The notes under the pieces were generated by a model that did no database searches, was not told the DNA's origin, and was given only the letters and a program-made list of their open reading frames with translations. DNA of 24,000 nt from assembly GCA_050743865.1 (NCBI GenBank), contig JBOGGE010000002.1, forward strand, positions 18,152-42,151, in the 5' to 3' direction. Position numbers and translations under genes: made by a program. Within the stretch, counting starts at the first letter, position 1, and each line of letters begins with the position of its first letter. The stretch is from Acidimicrobiales bacterium (lineage in GTDB: Bacteria; Actinomycetota; Acidimicrobiia; Acidimicrobiales; RAAP-2). This document shows positions 21,361 to 24,000 of this stretch, in pieces.

Positions 21361-22382
21361 GGACCGCCAGGCTGGTCGACGCCGTGCTGGGGTGCTACCC
21401 GTCGTGGTGGCGCCGGCGCTACGGCCGGGAGGTGCAAAGGCTGGCTGCCGACCTGCTGGCCGAGGGCCGCTCCGCCATCGGGGTCGCCGCCGACCTGGCT
21501 CGCGGTGCCCTCCGGGCGTGGGCCCGGGCCGAGGGCATGCCGCCGGCCGCCCGCCTGTGGTCGGCACGCACCCGCCTGGCCCTGGCCGCCGCCGCCGTGC
21601 CGGCGGCCCTGGCCGTCCCGCTCCTGATGGTCGGGGTGTCCGTCGATCCGGTCTACCGGACGGCGGCGGCGGCCGGTGCCCTGTTCGGGACACCACCGTG
21701 GCTGCAGGTCCCGGGGCCCCACGGGTTCCTCGCCGCCCCGCCGCTCACGCTCGCCGGGTCGGTGGCCGTGCACACCGACCACGTGCTGTCGTGGCTCGCC
21801 ATCGCCCTGCTCTTCACCCTGCTCGTCGGATGGTCGTTGCTCCTCGGCGCCGTCCGGCGGGCACCGCGGCACCGGCGCCACGGCGCCACCCGGTGGGCGC
21901 TGGTGCCCGGCCTCTCCCTGGCCGCCGACGTGGGGCTCTACCTCGTCCGGGAGACCGTCCAGCCGGCCTGGGCCAAGCACGGCCCAAGGCCGCCGGTCCC
22001 CCTCGGCGGCGACCCGGCCGCCGCCCACGCGCTGGGCATGGCGCTGGGCGCCGTCGCCCTGGCCGGCTGGCTGGTGTCCGTCGCCGCCGTGGTGATGGCG
22101 GCCCGGTGCTCGTGGGTCGACCCGACCGAGCTTCGCCGGGGTCGGGCGGTGGTGGTCGTGCTGGCCGGCGTGGTCGCCCTACTGGCCGCCGCCTTTCTCG
22201 TGCGGGGGGTGGCCTTGGCCGTCCAGGCGAGCGCCGGCCCGGGGTTCACCACCGTCGCCTTCGTCCACCAGGGAGCCTGGGTGCCACTGGCCGCCGCCTT
22301 CCTGGCCGCGGCCATGGCCACGGCCGCCTGCGCCCGCTCCGCCGCCCGGTCGTGGCGGGTGCTCGCCGCCCTCTTGACCTGA
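21357..22382 (+). CDS. Integral membrane protein of unknown function, translationally coupled to padR
   Basis: ATG 21357 is an ATGA overlap. It has a cytosolic N-terminus followed by several hydrophobic helices (LALAAAAVPAALAVPLLMVGV, WLAIALLFTLLVGWSLLLGAV, VVVVLAGVVALLAAAFLV). The PadR + membrane-protein pairing is a common arrangement. Confidence 0.75.
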   Translation: MRTARLVDAVLGCYPSWWRRRYGREVQRLAADLLAEGRSAIGVAADLARGALRAWARAEGMPPAARLWSARTRLALAAAAVPAALAVPLLMVGVSVDPVYRTAAAAGALFGTPPWLQVPGPHGFLAAPPLTLAGSVAVHTDHVLSWLAIALLFTLLVGWSLLLGAVRRAPRHRRHGATRWALVPGLSLAADVGLYLVRETVQPAWAKHGPRPPVPLGGDPAAAHALGMALGAVALAGWLVSVAAVVMAARCSWVDPTELRRGRAVVVVLAGVVALLAAAFLVRGVALAVQASAGPGFTTVAFVHQGAWVPLAAAFLAAAMATAACARSAARSWRVLAALLT

Positions 22383-22426
22383 CCGGAGCAGCCCGGAGCG
22401 GGCGCCCACGGGCGGGCCGGCCCCGG

Positions 22427-22476
22427 GGCGCCGTCAGGCGTGAGGCCGGGGCTGGCGCCGTCAGGCGTGAGGCCGG
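22427..22476. repeat. 27-bp-period tandem duplication (2 copies) spanning the stop codon of the AhpD-like gene
   Basis: GGCGCCGTCAGGCGTGAGGCCGG occurs at 22427-22449 and identically at 22454-22476. The second copy carries the real stop (TCA on + at 22461-22463). The first copy lies just downstream of the gene. Confidence 0.9.
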
Positions 22477-22931
22477 TGCGGGCTGACGTAGCCGCCGACG
22501 GCCGGGCGCTGGGCGATCATCAGCCGGTTCCAGGCGTTGATGACGACGACGGCCAGGAGGATCTTGCCGACGACGGCCTCGTCAAAGTGCTGGCGCAACG
22601 CCTCGAAGAGGTGGTCGGGGATCTCGCCATGGTCGAGCACGGTCACCGCCTCGGTGAAGGCCAGCGTCGCCCGCTCGGCGTCGGAGTAGAAGGAGGTCTC
22701 CCGCCAGGCGTCCAGGGCGTAGATGCGCTGCTCGGTCTCCCCGAGGGCACGGGCGTCCTTGGTGTGCATGTCGAGGCAGTAGGCGCAGCCGTTGAGCTGC
22801 GAGGCCCGGATCTTGATCAGCTCGGCGAGCAGGGGAGGCAGGCCACTGCCTGCGCTGCGGGCGCTCAAGGACCGCATCGCATCGAGCCCGTCGGGGAAGG
22901 TGTCCTTCAACGAGAAGCGCAGGCCAGCCAC
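22461..22931 (-). CDS. Carboxymuconolactone decarboxylase / AhpD-like family protein
   Basis: The AhpD-type motif is SQLNGCAYCLDMHTKDA (CxxC...H) in a ~155-aa protein of typical family size. Start is GTG 22931 with a weak SD, so the start is uncertain. Confidence 0.85.
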   Translation of the reverse strand: MAGLRFSLKDTFPDGLDAMRSLSARSAGSGLPPLLAELIKIRASQLNGCAYCLDMHTKDARALGETEQRIYALDAWRETSFYSDAERATLAFTEAVTVLDHGEIPDHLFEALRQHFDEAVVGKILLAVVVINAWNRLMIAQRPAVGGYVSPHRPHA

Positions 22932-23082
22932 CCCAGGACCCTACGACGTCGGCGGCGGCGGCGGAGGACGGCATGCGCCCCTTTGCCGTCGCCGGCACAC
23001 GGTGTAGCTTCGAGGAGTGCCAGAGTTAGAGCGAGTACAAGCCGGTCCCGACCGACCGGCTGGGTGCGGAACGGAGGACGCG

Positions 23083-24000
23083 ATGGCGTCGACGCAGCAG
23101 GGTACGGAGCCGTTCGACTGGGCCGGCGTGGTCGACTACTCGGCGCGCTACACCCACGAGAAGCCGAAGACCCAGTACGAGCTGCCGGGGGTGACCGAGG
23201 AGCTCCACCTGTCCCCCGTCGCTGGCGGCGGCGACGGGGAGGTGCCGGTGGCCGTCGTGCCGCTGTGGCACGCCATGGTCACCGCCCGGCTGACGGTCGC
23301 CCCCGGCGACCGGGCGGCGCTGCAGACGGCCAGCCGGCGCCTGGAGGCGGCCCTGGCCGAGATCGAGGAGGTCTACCCGGTGTCGCCGGCCGGGATCCTC
23401 CCCCAGATGGCGTGGGGGCTCCCGTACTTCCGCCGCTACCTGCCGGACTCCGTGGTGGACGAGCACCTGCCCAAGTCCACGCGTGCCGGCAGCGAGGGCG
23501 AGCCGGCGCTGGTCGACGCCATCGCCTTCCCCCGCGACCCGGCGGACGTCGTCATCGAGCAGAACGACATGGTCTTCCACTTCAAGAGCGACTTCCGCCA
23601 CCATGTCGACGAGGTGGTCCAGGCGCTCTTCTTCCCCGGCCAGTCGACCCTCAACGGGGTGCCGGCCCGGGCCGCCTTCGTCGGCGACCTCTTCACGGTG
23701 ACCTCGATGCGCCGGGGTTTCGCCGGCCACGGGATGCCTCGGCGCGTGGGCATGGCCCTCGGCATCGCCGGGGCCGAGAAGGTCCCGGCCGGGGCCATGC
23801 TGTTCATGGGCTTCACCTCCAGCCACGTGCACGGGCTGGCGGCGGGCAACCTCGCCAGCTACGAGACGGTCCCCGGGTGGACGGACGCCACCCCGGCGTC
23901 CTACATGGCCGGCGGCGCCAACATGCACGTGTCCCACATCGCCATCGAGCTCGAGCGCTGGTACTCCCTCGACCACCGGGCCCGGCTGCACCGGATGTTC
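23083..24000 (+). CDS. DyP/EfeB-superfamily-like protein (tentative), 3'-truncated by the window edge
   Basis: This gene is not in the ORF track because no stop is reached. ATG 23083 is preceded by GGAGG at 23073-23077. I hand-translated 306 codons open to nt 24000, with strong G/C third-position bias. The layout resembles DyP: VVIEQNDMVFHFKSD, MLFMGFTSS in place of the GFxDG region, then W and GGANMHVSHIAIELERW. The opposite-strand 321-aa track ORF looks like antisense noise. Confidence 0.75.
   Translation, partial: MASTQQGTEPFDWAGVVDYSARYTHEKPKTQYELPGVTEELHLSPVAGGGDGEVPVAVVPLWHAMVTARLTVAPGDRAALQTASRRLEAALAEIEEVYPVSPAGILPQMAWGLPYFRRYLPDSVVDEHLPKSTRAGSEGEPALVDAIAFPRDPADVVIEQNDMVFHFKSDFRHHVDEVVQALFFPGQSTLNGVPARAAFVGDLFTVTSMRRGFAGHGMPRRVGMALGIAGAEKVPAGAMLFMGFTSSHVHGLAAGNLASYETVPGWTDATPASYMAGGANMHVSHIAIELERWYSLDHRARLHRMF

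Noticed and set aside
1-24000. Scan for CRISPR arrays, tRNA/rRNA genes, IS elements, integrases, phage genes, and toxin-antitoxin or defence-system signatures.
   Set aside because: I found no spaced direct repeats, no transposase/integrase-like translations and no terminal inverted repeats. Intergenic gaps are short, and I saw no obvious tRNA or rRNA gene in them by eye. The only repeats are the 8-bp and 27-bp tandem repeats reported above. A tRNA/ncRNA scan with proper tools would still be worthwhile.

Overview
This is a very GC-rich window: nearly every third codon position is G or C, which looks like Actinomycetota-type codon usage, though I cannot assign taxonomy from sequence alone. I see no rRNA, tRNA, CRISPR array, transposase or integrase.

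The core (4454-18544, + strand) reads as one 17-gene operon for a cytosolic, Tat-less group 1h/5 (Hhy-type, high-affinity, O2-tolerant) [NiFe]-hydrogenase. Ten of its 16 gene junctions are start/stop overlaps. Gene order is: small subunit, large subunit, NifU-like FeS protein, three conserved unknowns, maturation endopeptidase, a 34-aa hydrophobic peptide, a signal-less YceI-like protein, hypA, hypC, a 77-aa small protein, hypD, hypF, a degenerate-SIS::HypC-like fusion, a GmhA-like SIS protein, and hypE. hypB, hypX, a Tat signal and a cytochrome b partner are all absent from the window.

Divergent from the operon lies a PadR::YceI fusion regulator (3181-4233, - strand), translationally coupled to an 86-aa small protein. 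Both its YceI domain and the small protein have paralogues inside the hydrogenase operon. I consider this duplicated YceI / small-protein module, and the SIS::HypC + SIS pair between hypF and hypE, the best candidates for undescribed biology.

Flanking genes:
- Left: a polytopic membrane protein and a stand-alone tandem-PAS protein.
- Right: a TrmH/SpoU methyltransferase, a thiolase, a PadR + membrane-protein pair, an AhpD-like protein, and a 3'-truncated DyP-superfamily-like gene.

Non-coding curiosities:
- Two canonical G-quadruplex motifs in divergent intergenic regions; one is an 8-bp tandem repeat.
- An AT-rich island in the hydrogenase control region.
- A candidate promoter/operator upstream of the second padR.
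- A 27-bp duplication that includes a stop codon.

All functional calls come from reading motifs in the translations by eye. No searches were run.
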